Source: an uncultured Acidobacteriota bacterium
GTDB taxonomy: Bacteria; Acidobacteriota; UBA6911
Length of the DNA: 64,000 nt
Direction: 5' to 3'
Assembly: GCA_963809485.1 (NCBI GenBank)
Contig: CAWEJX010000020.1
Span: forward strand, 192,001-256,000
Both the position numbers and the translations under genes were made by a program. This document shows, in pieces, positions 22,546 through 32,026 of this stretch. The stretch's first letter is position 1. Each line of letters starts with the position of its first letter. The notes beneath the pieces were generated by a model that searched no databases, was not told where the DNA came from, and was given only the letters and a program-made list of their open reading frames with translations.

Positions 22546-24707
22546 CCTTTGCGCAATACTTCAAGGCATCCTCATATTGTCTAATTGCCTCCGGGTTCCT
22601 GGCAGTCGCTTCAACCGGAGCGATAGACAGGATTTCTCTGGCTTTCTTCGCATCGGTTTTGATCGGCAGCTGGTTCACGGATACCGGCAGGCTGCGACAG
22701 AAGATCCCCGTGTGGATGCTGAATTGCGCCGCCATCGCTTCCCTGCTATTCTTCGCAGCCGATATCCGCCTGCTGTCCCGTTCTTTTCTGGTCAGCATTG
22801 TGCATTTTGTCTTTTTAATTGCCGCCATCAAGCTTTTCACTCTCTCCAAAGACCGCGATTACGCGCTTCTGTACCTCATCAGCTTCGCCTTATTGCTCGC
22901 GGCATCCATTCTCACGGTCAATCTTCTCTTCGGCGTCTGGTACCTGGCGTTCCTCTTTTCCGGCATCATCTCGCTGGTTTTGTTTGAAATGCGCCGGAGC
23001 AATGCCAGGATGCAGAGCAGAGCCAGGGTTCAGCCGCTGGTGACGCCCCGCAAACTGCAGGGGACAGGATTCGAGCTCTTCTCCCCGTTCCCCTCCCGTC
23101 TTCTCTCCGAAATGATGGCGGGAATCACGCTGCTTGTTTTGCTGCTGGCAATCCCGCTCTTTTTTCTTTTGCCGCGAATGAATCTGGGCTTGTACCGACC
23201 GCCTCTGGGAAATACCCGCTTCCTGAGCGGATTCTCCGACAGGGTCGAGCTGGGCAGGATCGGTACCATTCTGCAGTCAGATGCTCTGGTGATGCGAGTC
23301 CGCATATCCCAATCCCTGTCAGGACTGCCCGCCGGCCTCAAGTGGAGAGGACTTTCCTTCGACTTTTATGACGGCCGCTCCTGGAGCCGAAGCGATCTCA
23401 ACAGGAGCGCAATTCCCACGCAGGGGCGGTATTACAAACTCGAGACCACCACCCAGGGCACAAACTGGATCGACCAGACTTTTTTTATCGAGGCTTTATC
23501 CACCGACGTGATTTTCGCCGCCCACAAGGCATTGGCCGTTTCCAGGGACGTCGGCGCTCTTCAACGGGATTTTTCCGAAAACCTGTTTGCGTCCCGGCGC
23601 CGGAAAAGCAAAGTGAGATATTCGGCGATATCCGACCCCATCCTCCCGGATCCGGCAAAAATCTCCGATCTGTCTCCAATACCTCCGGAGATATTGGAGA
23701 GATACCTTCAGCTGCCTTTCAGGAATACCCGGATTTCGGATCTGGCGGCAGAATCGACAAAATCGGCAGCCACAAAATACGAAAAGGCGTTGGCGATCGA
23801 AAACTATCTGCGCTCCCACTACGCCTATAGCCTGGAGCTTCGCGGGGATGCGGACAGCCCGGATCCGCTGGCCATGTTTTTGTTCGACACCCGGAGAGGA
23901 CACTGTGAATATTTCGCTTCCGCCATGGTCCTAATGCTCCGCCATATAGGAGTTCCCGCACGTCTGGTGAACGGATTCCGAATGGGCGAATACAACAGGC
24001 TCGGCAACGACTTCATTGTCCGGCAATATGATGCGCACAGCTGGGTGGAAGCTTTCTTCCCTCCGTACGGCTGGGTGGAATTCGATCCCACTCCGGCAAG
24101 CCCGCAGCATCCGAAATCAGCCTTCGCCCGAATGGCCGCCTATCTCTCCGACGCCATCGACCTCTGGTGGTGGGAAGGGGTGGTGAATTACGATGCCTCC
24201 AAGCAGTACCAGATGGTCAGCCATTTGCGGGAGGGGATGGACAGGCTGCAGAACAACCTGGCCGCTCTTCTGGCATGGGTATCCGATAGAGGCCGGATGG
24301 TAATCGAGCGGATGCATTCCCCAAACCCTGCGGCCGGGCTGGAGGGCGGATGGGTTCGCCGGCTGCCGTGGATTGCCGTTGCAGTGCTGCTGCTGGTGCG
24401 GCCCTGGCGCCGGCGCATTGCACTCCTGATCCGAGGTGCCTGGTACCGGAACAACGCGCGCAGGGCGGCAGACTGCTACTATGGGGAGGCTTTGGAAATG
24501 CTTGCGGCGCATGGAATGAAGCGGTCTTGCGGAGAGACGCCGCTGGAAATTGCCCACAGGCTCGGAGATCATCCCGCAGGCCCTTCACTGCGGGCGCTGA
24601 CCCGCCTGTACAATGCCGCACGATACGGGCCGCCGGATGCCGCCTGGAACCCGGCGGAGGCCCGGGAGCATCTGCGTTCCATGCGCATCGCCCTGCATAT
24701 CCGCTGA
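22542..24707 (+). CDS. TgpA-like membrane transglutaminase-domain protein (DUF3488 / TGase / DUF4129)
   Basis: Multiple TM helices, GFSDRVELG, catalytic GHCEYFAS, AHSWVE and FDPTP; ATGA overlap with the DUF58 gene. Confidence 0.92.
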   Translation: MTFAQYFKASSYCLIASGFLAVASTGAIDRISLAFFASVLIGSWFTDTGRLRQKIPVWMLNCAAIASLLFFAADIRLLSRSFLVSIVHFVFLIAAIKLFTLSKDRDYALLYLISFALLLAASILTVNLLFGVWYLAFLFSGIISLVLFEMRRSNARMQSRARVQPLVTPRKLQGTGFELFSPFPSRLLSEMMAGITLLVLLLAIPLFFLLPRMNLGLYRPPLGNTRFLSGFSDRVELGRIGTILQSDALVMRVRISQSLSGLPAGLKWRGLSFDFYDGRSWSRSDLNRSAIPTQGRYYKLETTTQGTNWIDQTFFIEALSTDVIFAAHKALAVSRDVGALQRDFSENLFASRRRKSKVRYSAISDPILPDPAKISDLSPIPPEILERYLQLPFRNTRISDLAAESTKSAATKYEKALAIENYLRSHYAYSLELRGDADSPDPLAMFLFDTRRGHCEYFASAMVLMLRHIGVPARLVNGFRMGEYNRLGNDFIVRQYDAHSWVEAFFPPYGWVEFDPTPASPQHPKSAFARMAAYLSDAIDLWWWEGVVNYDASKQYQMVSHLREGMDRLQNNLAALLAWVSDRGRMVIERMHSPNPAAGLEGGWVRRLPWIAVAVLLLVRPWRRRIALLIRGAWYRNNARRAADCYYGEALEMLAAHGMKRSCGETPLEIAHRLGDHPAGPSLRALTRLYNAARYGPPDAAWNPAEAREHLRSMRIALHIR

Positions 24708-24826
24708 ACCCTCATCAATGGGCGGTAAGCGTTGCTCCGCGCTTTTGTCGGCCGTGGCTGCGCTGCCGTATCCTGAAGCTGTTAGATTTTCCAATCCCCG
24801 GCCGTGGCGGGAGGATGTTCATAAAG

Positions 24827-25714
24827 CTACCTCAAAGCCTCGCGGATTCTGCCGGTTGCCTCGGGCGGCGCAGCATCGACCAGCCCATCCCGCAGTATCT
24901 CGCCCTGGAGCCCAACGACGACGCAACGGACCGGGACGCGCCGCCGGGCCCGGCTTGCAGCCTCGACAGCATGCCTCAGCAGGCCGTTGCAGCAGGGAAC
25001 CTGCATGATCATGACACAGATGGAGCGGACGCAGGCCTGATCGATCAGCGCCGTCAGCTTTTCCTGATAGACCTCCTGATCGGCATCCAGTTTGGGGCAG
25101 GCAATCGCGAGAGTCCGGCCCTTGAGATAATCTTTGTGGAAATCCGCAAGCGCATATGCCACGCAATCCGCAGCCAGGACCAGTTCGGAATCCCGGTATT
25201 GCGGCGCCGATGGCGATATCAGGTGAAGCTGTACCGGCCAATGGGTCAGTTGGGACTGCCGGGAGATTCCGTCTTCTTCGACCGGATCCCGGCGTGAGAA
25301 AGCCTGACTTCGGGAACCGGGACACTGGACCGCAGCGGCCCCCCGGGCGGCAGGTTCCAGCTTGGGATTGACCCTAATCTTGCGTTCCTGCAAATATGCC
25401 AAAGCCTGTCTGACATAATCCTGCTGACCATGGTGGCTCAGATGTTCAAGATGAGCCTGGATGACATTGTGCCCCTGAGGAATAATGTTCTCGAGCACCT
25501 TGACTTCATCGTAGGGCTCCGCTTCCCGTTCTTCGACGGAAATGGCGTCCTCCGGGCAGGTGCTCAAACATGCGCCGAGGCCATCGCATAGAAGATCCCC
25601 GACAAGCCGGGCTTTGCCGTCGATGAGCTGCAGGGCGCCTTCCGGACAGTCGGATATACACAAACCGCATCCCGTGCACTTTTCATGATCGATCCGGATG
25701 ATTTTTCGTTTCAT
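24827..25714 (-). CDS. 4Fe-4S dicluster protein (family often found next to hcp)
   Basis: CTGCGLCISDCP, CDGLGACLSTCP, CPGS, WPVQLHL, AADC, CPKLD and VPCC motifs. Confidence 0.85.
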   Translation of the reverse strand: MKRKIIRIDHEKCTGCGLCISDCPEGALQLIDGKARLVGDLLCDGLGACLSTCPEDAISVEEREAEPYDEVKVLENIIPQGHNVIQAHLEHLSHHGQQDYVRQALAYLQERKIRVNPKLEPAARGAAAVQCPGSRSQAFSRRDPVEEDGISRQSQLTHWPVQLHLISPSAPQYRDSELVLAADCVAYALADFHKDYLKGRTLAIACPKLDADQEVYQEKLTALIDQACVRSICVMIMQVPCCNGLLRHAVEAASRARRRVPVRCVVVGLQGEILRDGLVDAAPPEATGRIREALR

Positions 25715-25758
25715 AGTTGCTCTCGCTTTCAGTTATTTGCACTGCCAACCACATGCTG

Positions 25759-25800
25759 ATTATGGCCGGAAGCCGGCTGAAGATCCTTGATGCAGGTCAA
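25759..25800 (-). promoter_or_regulatory. CRP/FNR-family class II promoter for the 4Fe-4S gene
   Basis: TTGATGCAGGTCAA (25787-25800) lies at -41.5 relative to the start implied by a CATAAT -10 (25759-25764). Confidence 0.75.
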
Positions 25801-25863
25801 GAAAATACAGGTCATCATTCCACCTTGAATCATCCATAACTCGCAATCCCTCATATGGTTTTT

Positions 25864-25892
25864 AACGTTCAACGTTTGAACGTTCAACGTTT
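25864..25892. repeat. Tandem AACGTT-core 7/8-mer repeats
   Basis: AACGTTC AACGTTTG AACGTTC AACGTTT. Confidence 0.8.
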
Positions 25893-25953
25893 TTATATTA
25901 GTAGCGGAAAGAGCGCCTGTTGTGCAGGTATAATCCGGCGAAAGGAGAGCAAT

Positions 25954-27087
25954 ATGGAGATAGAAACGCAGTGTGTTCACAGCGGGCGGTATAGAGACAG
26001 GGCAAGCGGGGGGATGAACACTCCCATTTTCACCTCTTCTTCCTTTGAGTATCTCGACCGCGAATCCACAGTTTATCCGCGCTATTTCAATACCCCGAAC
26101 CAGGAAGCTGTGGTTCAGAAAATATGCGCACTGGAGGGCGCGGAAGACGGCGTTCTGTTCAGTTCCGGCATGGCCGCCATAAGCACCGCCATTCTGGCTT
26201 TCGCGGCCAAGGACGACCATGTCGTCATGCTCGACGAGTTGTATGGCGGGACACACGCCTTTGCGACCGACACCTTCGACCGGCTCGGAATTCAATACTC
26301 CTTCGCGGTGACGGACGCCGAGTCAGTCGCCCGAGCCGTGACGCCAGTCACCCGCGTTCTGGTCCTGGAATCGCCCACAAATCCCCTGCTCGGGATCCTA
26401 GACATCCGGCGCGTTGCAGAATTCGCGAGAAGCCGGGGAATCACCACAATACTGGACAATACCTTCGCTACGCCGGTGAATCAGAAACCACTGGCAATGG
26501 GCATAGATGTGGTAATCCACAGCGGGACCAAGTATCTGGGCGGGCACAGCGACCTGTGCTGCGGCGTGGCTGTGACCTCGCGCGAGAGGGCGGGACTCAT
26601 CCGCGGTCTGGCGCGGAATCTGGGGGGGAGCCTGAACGCCATCGACTGCTATCTCCTTGAACGAAGCATCAAGACGCTGGCCCTGAGGGTCGAAAGGCAA
26701 TCGGACAATGCGCTGCGGGTTGCCGAGTTCCTGGCATCGCACCGGGCGATCCACCGAGTGAACTACCCGGGGTTGCCGACCTTCAAGGGGCACGTCATCG
26801 CCAAATCGCAAATGAGCCGTTTCGGGGGGATGCTTTCGTTCGAGCTCAAGGAGGATGCCGGAGAACCATCCGCTTTCCTGAGGCGTTTGAAAACCATTAC
26901 GCCGGCGGTAAGCCTCGGCTCTGTGGAGACCATTATCTGCTGTCCCGCGCAAACCTCGCATTCCAAAATTTCCTCAAAGGAACGCGGCAGGATTGGGATT
27001 TCCAACCGCCTCTTGCGGCTGTCGGTTGGTATCGAGAATATCAGTGATTTGATCGCGGACCTGAAACAGGCGCTGGAGCAGGCCTGA
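25954..27087 (+). CDS. Cys/Met metabolism PLP-dependent enzyme (cystathionine gamma/beta-lyase family)
   Basis: YPRYFNTPN, FSSGMAAI, ESPTNP, DNTFA and HSGTKYLGGHSD (PLP lysine); AAGGAG RBS before MEIETQ. Confidence 0.92.
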   Translation: MEIETQCVHSGRYRDRASGGMNTPIFTSSSFEYLDRESTVYPRYFNTPNQEAVVQKICALEGAEDGVLFSSGMAAISTAILAFAAKDDHVVMLDELYGGTHAFATDTFDRLGIQYSFAVTDAESVARAVTPVTRVLVLESPTNPLLGILDIRRVAEFARSRGITTILDNTFATPVNQKPLAMGIDVVIHSGTKYLGGHSDLCCGVAVTSRERAGLIRGLARNLGGSLNAIDCYLLERSIKTLALRVERQSDNALRVAEFLASHRAIHRVNYPGLPTFKGHVIAKSQMSRFGGMLSFELKEDAGEPSAFLRRLKTITPAVSLGSVETIICCPAQTSHSKISSKERGRIGISNRLLRLSVGIENISDLIADLKQALEQA

Positions 27088-27206
27088 CCCCAGGTGGCCC
27101 GTCGCAAGTCGCAGGCTGCATTGCCAGACGGCCCGCAATCCTAAACCCGGGCTGCGCCGCCGAAACAGGGATCTCGCGTAGTCGGGCGCGAAGTTTCACG
27201 CCCCGA

Positions 27207-27632
27207 TTACTTTTCCACAGGATATTTCAGCTCCACCCACTTGAGCAATCCGCCTTCGAGCAACTTGATATTCCGGTATCCCATCTGCGACAGCTTGGTA
27301 GCGGTATCCGTGGAGTCTTCTTCATGGGCGCACGAGCAATAAAGAATCAGCGTCTTATTGCGCGGAAGCGTAACCGGCAGTTTGAGTTTCGTCGCCCACG
27401 GAAAACTGACCGCACCCGGAATGTGACCTTCGTCGTAGGACTCCTGCGGGTCGTTGCTGACCACCAGGATATCCGGAGCCTTGCTGTCAATCATCTTTTT
27501 CAGCTCCTCGCACTTAACGGCGGGAAAGCTTGGAGTGACGAACTCGTCTTCCTGAGCAAAAACCATGAGAGAGACAACCCAGAACAGCCCGAAGCAGACC
27601 AATATTTGAGTGTATCTTTTTGGGGGGATCAT
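27207..27632 (-). CDS. Exported rhodanese-like domain protein
   Basis: Signal peptide, YDEGHIPGA, active-site loop YCSCAHEEDS, LEGGLLKW. Confidence 0.85.
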   Translation of the reverse strand: MIPPKRYTQILVCFGLFWVVSLMVFAQEDEFVTPSFPAVKCEELKKMIDSKAPDILVVSNDPQESYDEGHIPGAVSFPWATKLKLPVTLPRNKTLILYCSCAHEEDSTDTATKLSQMGYRNIKLLEGGLLKWVELKYPVEK

Positions 27633-27761
27633 TGAGGCACCTCTTCATTTTTCCGCGTATGCAAAATTTCCCTTTGCGTTCAATCGCGCCCTGCGGGCAC
27701 ATGCTATACTGAAGCATATCAGGACCGCAAAGTTGCATAAAAAATGCGGGCAAATGGATTT

Positions 27762-28562
27762 CTATTCACCGGCTTTGACAGCCGGCCGGTGGCAGGCCTT
27801 GCAGCTCTGCGCAGAGAAGCCGGCATGGTTTGCGGGAAAGGGCTTGAACATTCCTGCGCCGTGGCATTTTCCGCAAAGCTTGGGAGACCGCAACCTGAAG
27901 GCCTGGGTGGTGGGATCCTCCTGCCGGTGCACGCCGTGGCAGTCCGTACAGACCGGCACATCGGGGTTGCTGGTTTCCAGCAGGGCTTTCCCATGCGCGC
28001 TTGTGAGGTATTGCGCGTATGTAACCCTGTGACAGTTGCCGCATTCCGTGGAAATTTTCTGGCGCGGCACGTTCGGCCGGGTGACTGCATGGCTGCCATG
28101 GCAGTCGACGCAGATCGCGCCATCCCGGTTCCCGGCCGCAATGACGCGGGCGTGGTTGCTGTCCAGCGCCTGTTTGTATTGGTCCGGATGGCAGGTTTGG
28201 CATTGCCGATACCGTTCCATTTGAAAAGCGCGTCGGTCGTAAGCCGTATTCCCGGGGTGCGGGAATCCGCTGATGTTCGTGTGACATTCGGTGCATTTCA
28301 GGGCGCCATGGAGCGAAGCTTGGAGTTCTTCGGAATTGACGGTAAGCGCCAGCATTTCACCGCTGGGCAACATCGTGCTCAAGCCCTGAGTGGTATGACA
28401 GCCCAGGCACGCCGTGTCCTCGCGCTGCGCAGCTCCGGCCGCTCCCATAAGGCAGATCCACAGCAGGGCAGAAATTCCCTTTGTGAGAAACCGCCCATTT
28501 GCTCTCCGTGATGGTAAGATCGACAACAGGGAGACCTCTGCGACTGCATGTGTCTGTGCCAT
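27762..28562 (-). CDS. Octaheme cytochrome c (start uncertain, possible frameshift at 5' end)
   Basis: Eight CxxCH motifs: CLGCH, CTECH, CQTCH, CVDCH, CGNCH, CTDCH, CGKCH, CKACH; signal-peptide-like ISALLWICLMGAAGA. Confidence 0.85.
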   Translation of the reverse strand: MAQTHAVAEVSLLSILPSRRANGRFLTKGISALLWICLMGAAGAAQREDTACLGCHTTQGLSTMLPSGEMLALTVNSEELQASLHGALKCTECHTNISGFPHPGNTAYDRRAFQMERYRQCQTCHPDQYKQALDSNHARVIAAGNRDGAICVDCHGSHAVTRPNVPRQKISTECGNCHRVTYAQYLTSAHGKALLETSNPDVPVCTDCHGVHRQEDPTTQAFRLRSPKLCGKCHGAGMFKPFPANHAGFSAQSCKACHRPAVKAGE

Positions 28563-28726
28563 CCAGTTGTCACAAGATATCAGCCTTTGCGTGCGACACA
28601 CAAGATCCAGCATCGCATAATCTTTCAGACTGCCCCTGCCCCGAAGCGGATTCGAGCCGGGCGCCGGCAAATCCGCTTGATACAATTATGAAGGGGGCTT
28701 ACTATTCACCTCCTCTGGAGCGGGTT

Positions 28727-30070
28727 GTGGCCAAAATAGGATTCATCAGTCTGGGTTGTCCCAAAAACCTTGTAGACAGCGAGGTCATGATAGGTCTGTT
28801 GCAGGCCAAAGGCCATGTCCTGACCGCCAATCCTGAGGAAGCGGACGTGCTGGTTGTCAACACCTGCAGCTTCATAGAAGGCTCGAAAAGAGAGTCCATC
28901 GAGACGATCCTTGCGGCAGCGCGGCTGAAGAATTCAGGGTCGTGCAAAAGGCTCATTGTTACAGGCTGCCTGGCCGAGCGTTACCCCGGTGAAATACGAT
29001 CCGATCTCGCCGAGGTGGATGCGATTCTCGGCACGAACCAGATAGAGGAAATCACCCGCGCCGTGAACGGGATTCCAGTTGCTCCGCCCGACTCGTATGG
29101 CCGCAGCGATGCGGATCTTTATCTCTATGATCACACGAAACCGCGCACCCTCGTCGGACCAAAGTATACGGCCTATATGAAAATCTCCGAAGGGTGCGAC
29201 CACACCTGCGCTTTCTGCATCATTCCGAAGATACGCGGACGGCTCAGAAGCCGCAGTGTTTCGTCCCTTGTACTGGAAGCCCGGCAACTCGTATCGCTGG
29301 GGGTCAAGGAAATAACCCTCGTCTCGCAGGACACGACGAGCTATGGGCTCGACCTCGGGATTCAGGACGGGCTGGCAATCCTTCTGAAGGCTCTCAACGG
29401 GGTAGACGGCCTTCGATGGATCCGATTTTTATACGTCTACCCTAATCTTGTCAGCGACAGGCTGATCGAGATCGTCAACTCGAGCGACAAAATCTGCAAA
29501 TACATCGACATGCCTCTGCAGCACGCCAGCGCCGGCATCCTCAGGTCGATGAAGCGCGGCGGAACCCGCAAGGGCCTGATGCGCATGATCCAAAGAATCC
29601 GGGACAGGATTCCGGGTGTGACATTCCGGACGACCATGATTGTGGGCTATCCCGGCGAAACCGAAGCAAACTTCCATGAGCTGATGGATTTTTGCAGGGA
29701 GTTCGAGTTTGACCGTCTGGGTGTCTTCTCTTATTCGGACGAAGAGGATACGATAGCCCATTCACTGCGGCCCAAAGTTCCAGTTCGTACGGCGGAGCGG
29801 CGCCGCCACCTTCTGATGCGGCAGCAGAGTTCCATAGCGGCCCGAAAAAACCGCCTCCTGGTCGGGAAAGAATTCCCCATCCTGGTGGAAGGCCCCTCGC
29901 TGGAAACGGATCTCATGCTGCAGGGCCGTCTCGAGTCTCAGGCCCCGGAGATCGACGGCGTCTGTCTGATTAATGATTCCGAGATCGGCAATGTGCAAAG
30001 CGGGGAATTCCGGACGATCCGCATCACGCGGGTTCTGGGCCATGACCTCCTGGGAACAATTGTCGGATAG
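28727..30070 (+). CDS. rimO: Ribosomal protein S12 methylthiotransferase RimO
   Basis: SLGCPKNLVDSE, NTCSFI, GCLAERY, radical SAM CDHTCAFC, C-terminal TRAM with APEIDG; GTG start after GGAG. Confidence 0.96.
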   Translation: MAKIGFISLGCPKNLVDSEVMIGLLQAKGHVLTANPEEADVLVVNTCSFIEGSKRESIETILAAARLKNSGSCKRLIVTGCLAERYPGEIRSDLAEVDAILGTNQIEEITRAVNGIPVAPPDSYGRSDADLYLYDHTKPRTLVGPKYTAYMKISEGCDHTCAFCIIPKIRGRLRSRSVSSLVLEARQLVSLGVKEITLVSQDTTSYGLDLGIQDGLAILLKALNGVDGLRWIRFLYVYPNLVSDRLIEIVNSSDKICKYIDMPLQHASAGILRSMKRGGTRKGLMRMIQRIRDRIPGVTFRTTMIVGYPGETEANFHELMDFCREFEFDRLGVFSYSDEEDTIAHSLRPKVPVRTAERRRHLLMRQQSSIAARKNRLLVGKEFPILVEGPSLETDLMLQGRLESQAPEIDGVCLINDSEIGNVQSGEFRTIRITRVLGHDLLGTIVG

Positions 30071-30100
30071 GGTTTCATGGACCTGTGGACGGATGGAAAT

Positions 30101-30286
30101 ATGATCTTAAAGTGTCCGCGCTGTGGCAAGGAGACGGAAAGCACGGGAAATCCATTCCGCCCGTTCTGCAGCGAACGCTGCCAGCTCATCGACCTGGGCA
30201 AATGGCTGAACGGCGAATACCCTATCCCGGCCAGAGAAACGGATGAAGCCGGAGAATCAACCCCGGGCGAGGACAACCAGGAATGA
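30101..30286 (+). CDS. yacG: DNA gyrase inhibitor YacG
   Basis: CPRC...[16 protein letters not shown]. Confidence 0.93.
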   Translation: MILKCPRCGKETESTGNPFRPFCSERCQLIDLGKWLNGEYPIPARETDEAGESTPGEDNQE

Positions 30287-30744
30287 GAAAGCATCTATCC
30301 CTTATCGTCGCGAGCGTGTGTTACCTCGGGTACCTGCCGAAGGCGCCGGGGACCTGCGCGTCCGCCGCGGCGACGCTCGGCTTTTTCCTGGTATTTTATT
30401 CTTCACACCGTATCCTGCCCGGCCTTCACTTGACGGCCGTCTGCCTGATTTCCCTGGTCGGCACCCTGGCGGCAGACAGGGTAAGCCGGGATTCGGGAAA
30501 CGAAGATCCTTCGTTTGTGGTCATTGATGAAGTTGCGGGACAGCTACTCACGTTTTTGTTTTTGCCCGTCAGCGCGTTCAACCTCATTTCCGGATTCGTG
30601 CTTTTCCGGATTCTCGACATCTGGAAGCCCTATCCGATCCGGAAACTGGAAAGCCTGAAGCACGGCGTTGGAATCATGGCGGATGACCTGCTGGCGGGCG
30701 TTTACGGCAACCTGATACTCCAGGCCATCAACTATTTCATCTGA
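30283..30744 (+). CDS. pgpA: Phosphatidylglycerophosphatase A
   Basis: [28 protein letters not shown] and MADDLLAG motifs. Confidence 0.93.
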   Translation: MRKHLSLIVASVCYLGYLPKAPGTCASAAATLGFFLVFYSSHRILPGLHLTAVCLISLVGTLAADRVSRDSGNEDPSFVVIDEVAGQLLTFLFLPVSAFNLISGFVLFRILDIWKPYPIRKLESLKHGVGIMADDLLAGVYGNLILQAINYFI

Positions 30745-30751
30745 AGGCAAA

Positions 30752-31987
30752 ATGAAGGCTGAAATCATTGCCGTCGGCTCCGAACTGCTTACGCCGGACA
30801 ACATCGACACCAACTCGCTCTACCTCACCCACAGGCTGAACGAGGCAGGCTGCGAAGTCCATCTGAAAACCGTTGTCGGGGATCGCCGGGAAGATATCGC
30901 GGATTTGATGGCATCCGCCCTGCAGCGCTCCGACGTGATCATTCTCTGCGGCGGGCTGGGACCTACGGAAGATGATGTGACCCGTGCCGCGGTCGCACTT
31001 TCGCTTGATCGCCCGCTTTCTGTCGATGCGGACATTCTGGGAGCCCTGCGCAGGAAATTCGCGGAGCGTGGCTTTCCCATGGCCAAAATCAACGAGAGGC
31101 AGGCCGAGGTGATCGAGGGAGCGGAAGTCCTGGAGAATCCCCTTGGAACCGCTCCAGGCATGCGGATCAAGGAAAAGGGGCGAATGATTGTCTTGCTGCC
31201 CGGTCCTCCACGCGAACTCAGGAACGTATTTGACAACAAGGTCCTGCCCGGAATAGAGAAGCTGTGCGGAGGAATGAAACTGGCATACCGATCCTTCCAT
31301 GTTACGGGCATCACCGAGTCGGAACTGGATTCGCAGATCGCGCCGATTTATTCCGCTTATCCCCGGATACGCACAACGGTGCTTGCCGGCACAAAACACA
31401 TCGCCGTGAGGCTCTACCGGTGGACGCGGGCCGGAGAAATCCACCCGGATCTTGACGAACTCGCTTCCAAAATCCTGGAAAAGCTCGGCAATGCCGTTTT
31501 CAGCACTTGCGGCGAATCCATGGAGGAAGTGGTTGGAAGACTGCTGCAGGAATCCGGGCGAACGCTGGCTGTCGCGGAATCCTGTACCGCCGGGATGCTG
31601 GGCATGAGCATAACCCGTGTTCCGGGAAGTTCGAGCTACTTCCTGGGGGGCGTCCTGTGTTACAGCAACGATGTAAAAATGAAGCTTTGCGGCGTGCCGG
31701 CGGGGCTCCTGGAAGAACACGGTGCCGTTAGCGCAGAAGTCGCTGAAGCGCTGGCGGAGGGTGTCCGGAAAGCCCTGAAAAGCTCCATCGGCCTGTCCAT
31801 AACAGGTATCGCCGGTCCGGGAGGCGGTTCTGCCGAGAAGCCGGTAGGACTTGTCTATACGGCAATCTCCGACGGGACGCGCACGGAAAGCAGGCACCGC
31901 GTCGTGCCCGGCGACAGGGAATCGATACGGGAGCGTTCGACCTATCTGGCGCTTTCCTGGCTGCGCCGGTTTCTTCAGAAACGTTGA
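30752..31987 (+). CDS. cinA: CinA competence/damage-inducible protein (NMN deamidase domain)
   Basis: AVGSELL, DTNS, GGLGPTEDD, LPGPPRE, AESCTAG and ITGIAGPGGG motifs. Confidence 0.95.
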   Translation: MKAEIIAVGSELLTPDNIDTNSLYLTHRLNEAGCEVHLKTVVGDRREDIADLMASALQRSDVIILCGGLGPTEDDVTRAAVALSLDRPLSVDADILGALRRKFAERGFPMAKINERQAEVIEGAEVLENPLGTAPGMRIKEKGRMIVLLPGPPRELRNVFDNKVLPGIEKLCGGMKLAYRSFHVTGITESELDSQIAPIYSAYPRIRTTVLAGTKHIAVRLYRWTRAGEIHPDLDELASKILEKLGNAVFSTCGESMEEVVGRLLQESGRTLAVAESCTAGMLGMSITRVPGSSSYFLGGVLCYSNDVKMKLCGVPAGLLEEHGAVSAEVAEALAEGVRKALKSSIGLSITGIAGPGGGSAEKPVGLVYTAISDGTRTESRHRVVPGDRESIRERSTYLALSWLRRFLQKR

Positions 31988-32021
31988 ACGTTCAACGTGC
32001 AACGTGAAGCGTGTAACATTT
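31980..32021. repeat. Six degenerate AACGTNN heptamers overlapping the cinA stop
   Basis: AACGTTG AACGTTC AACGTGC AACGTGA AGCGTGT AACATTT. Confidence 0.8.
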
Positions 32022-32026
32022 AGGCT

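Noticed and set aside
18265-32021. Heptamer arrays or mini-elements as CRISPR arrays
   Set aside because: No constant repeat with unique spacers and no cas genes in the window
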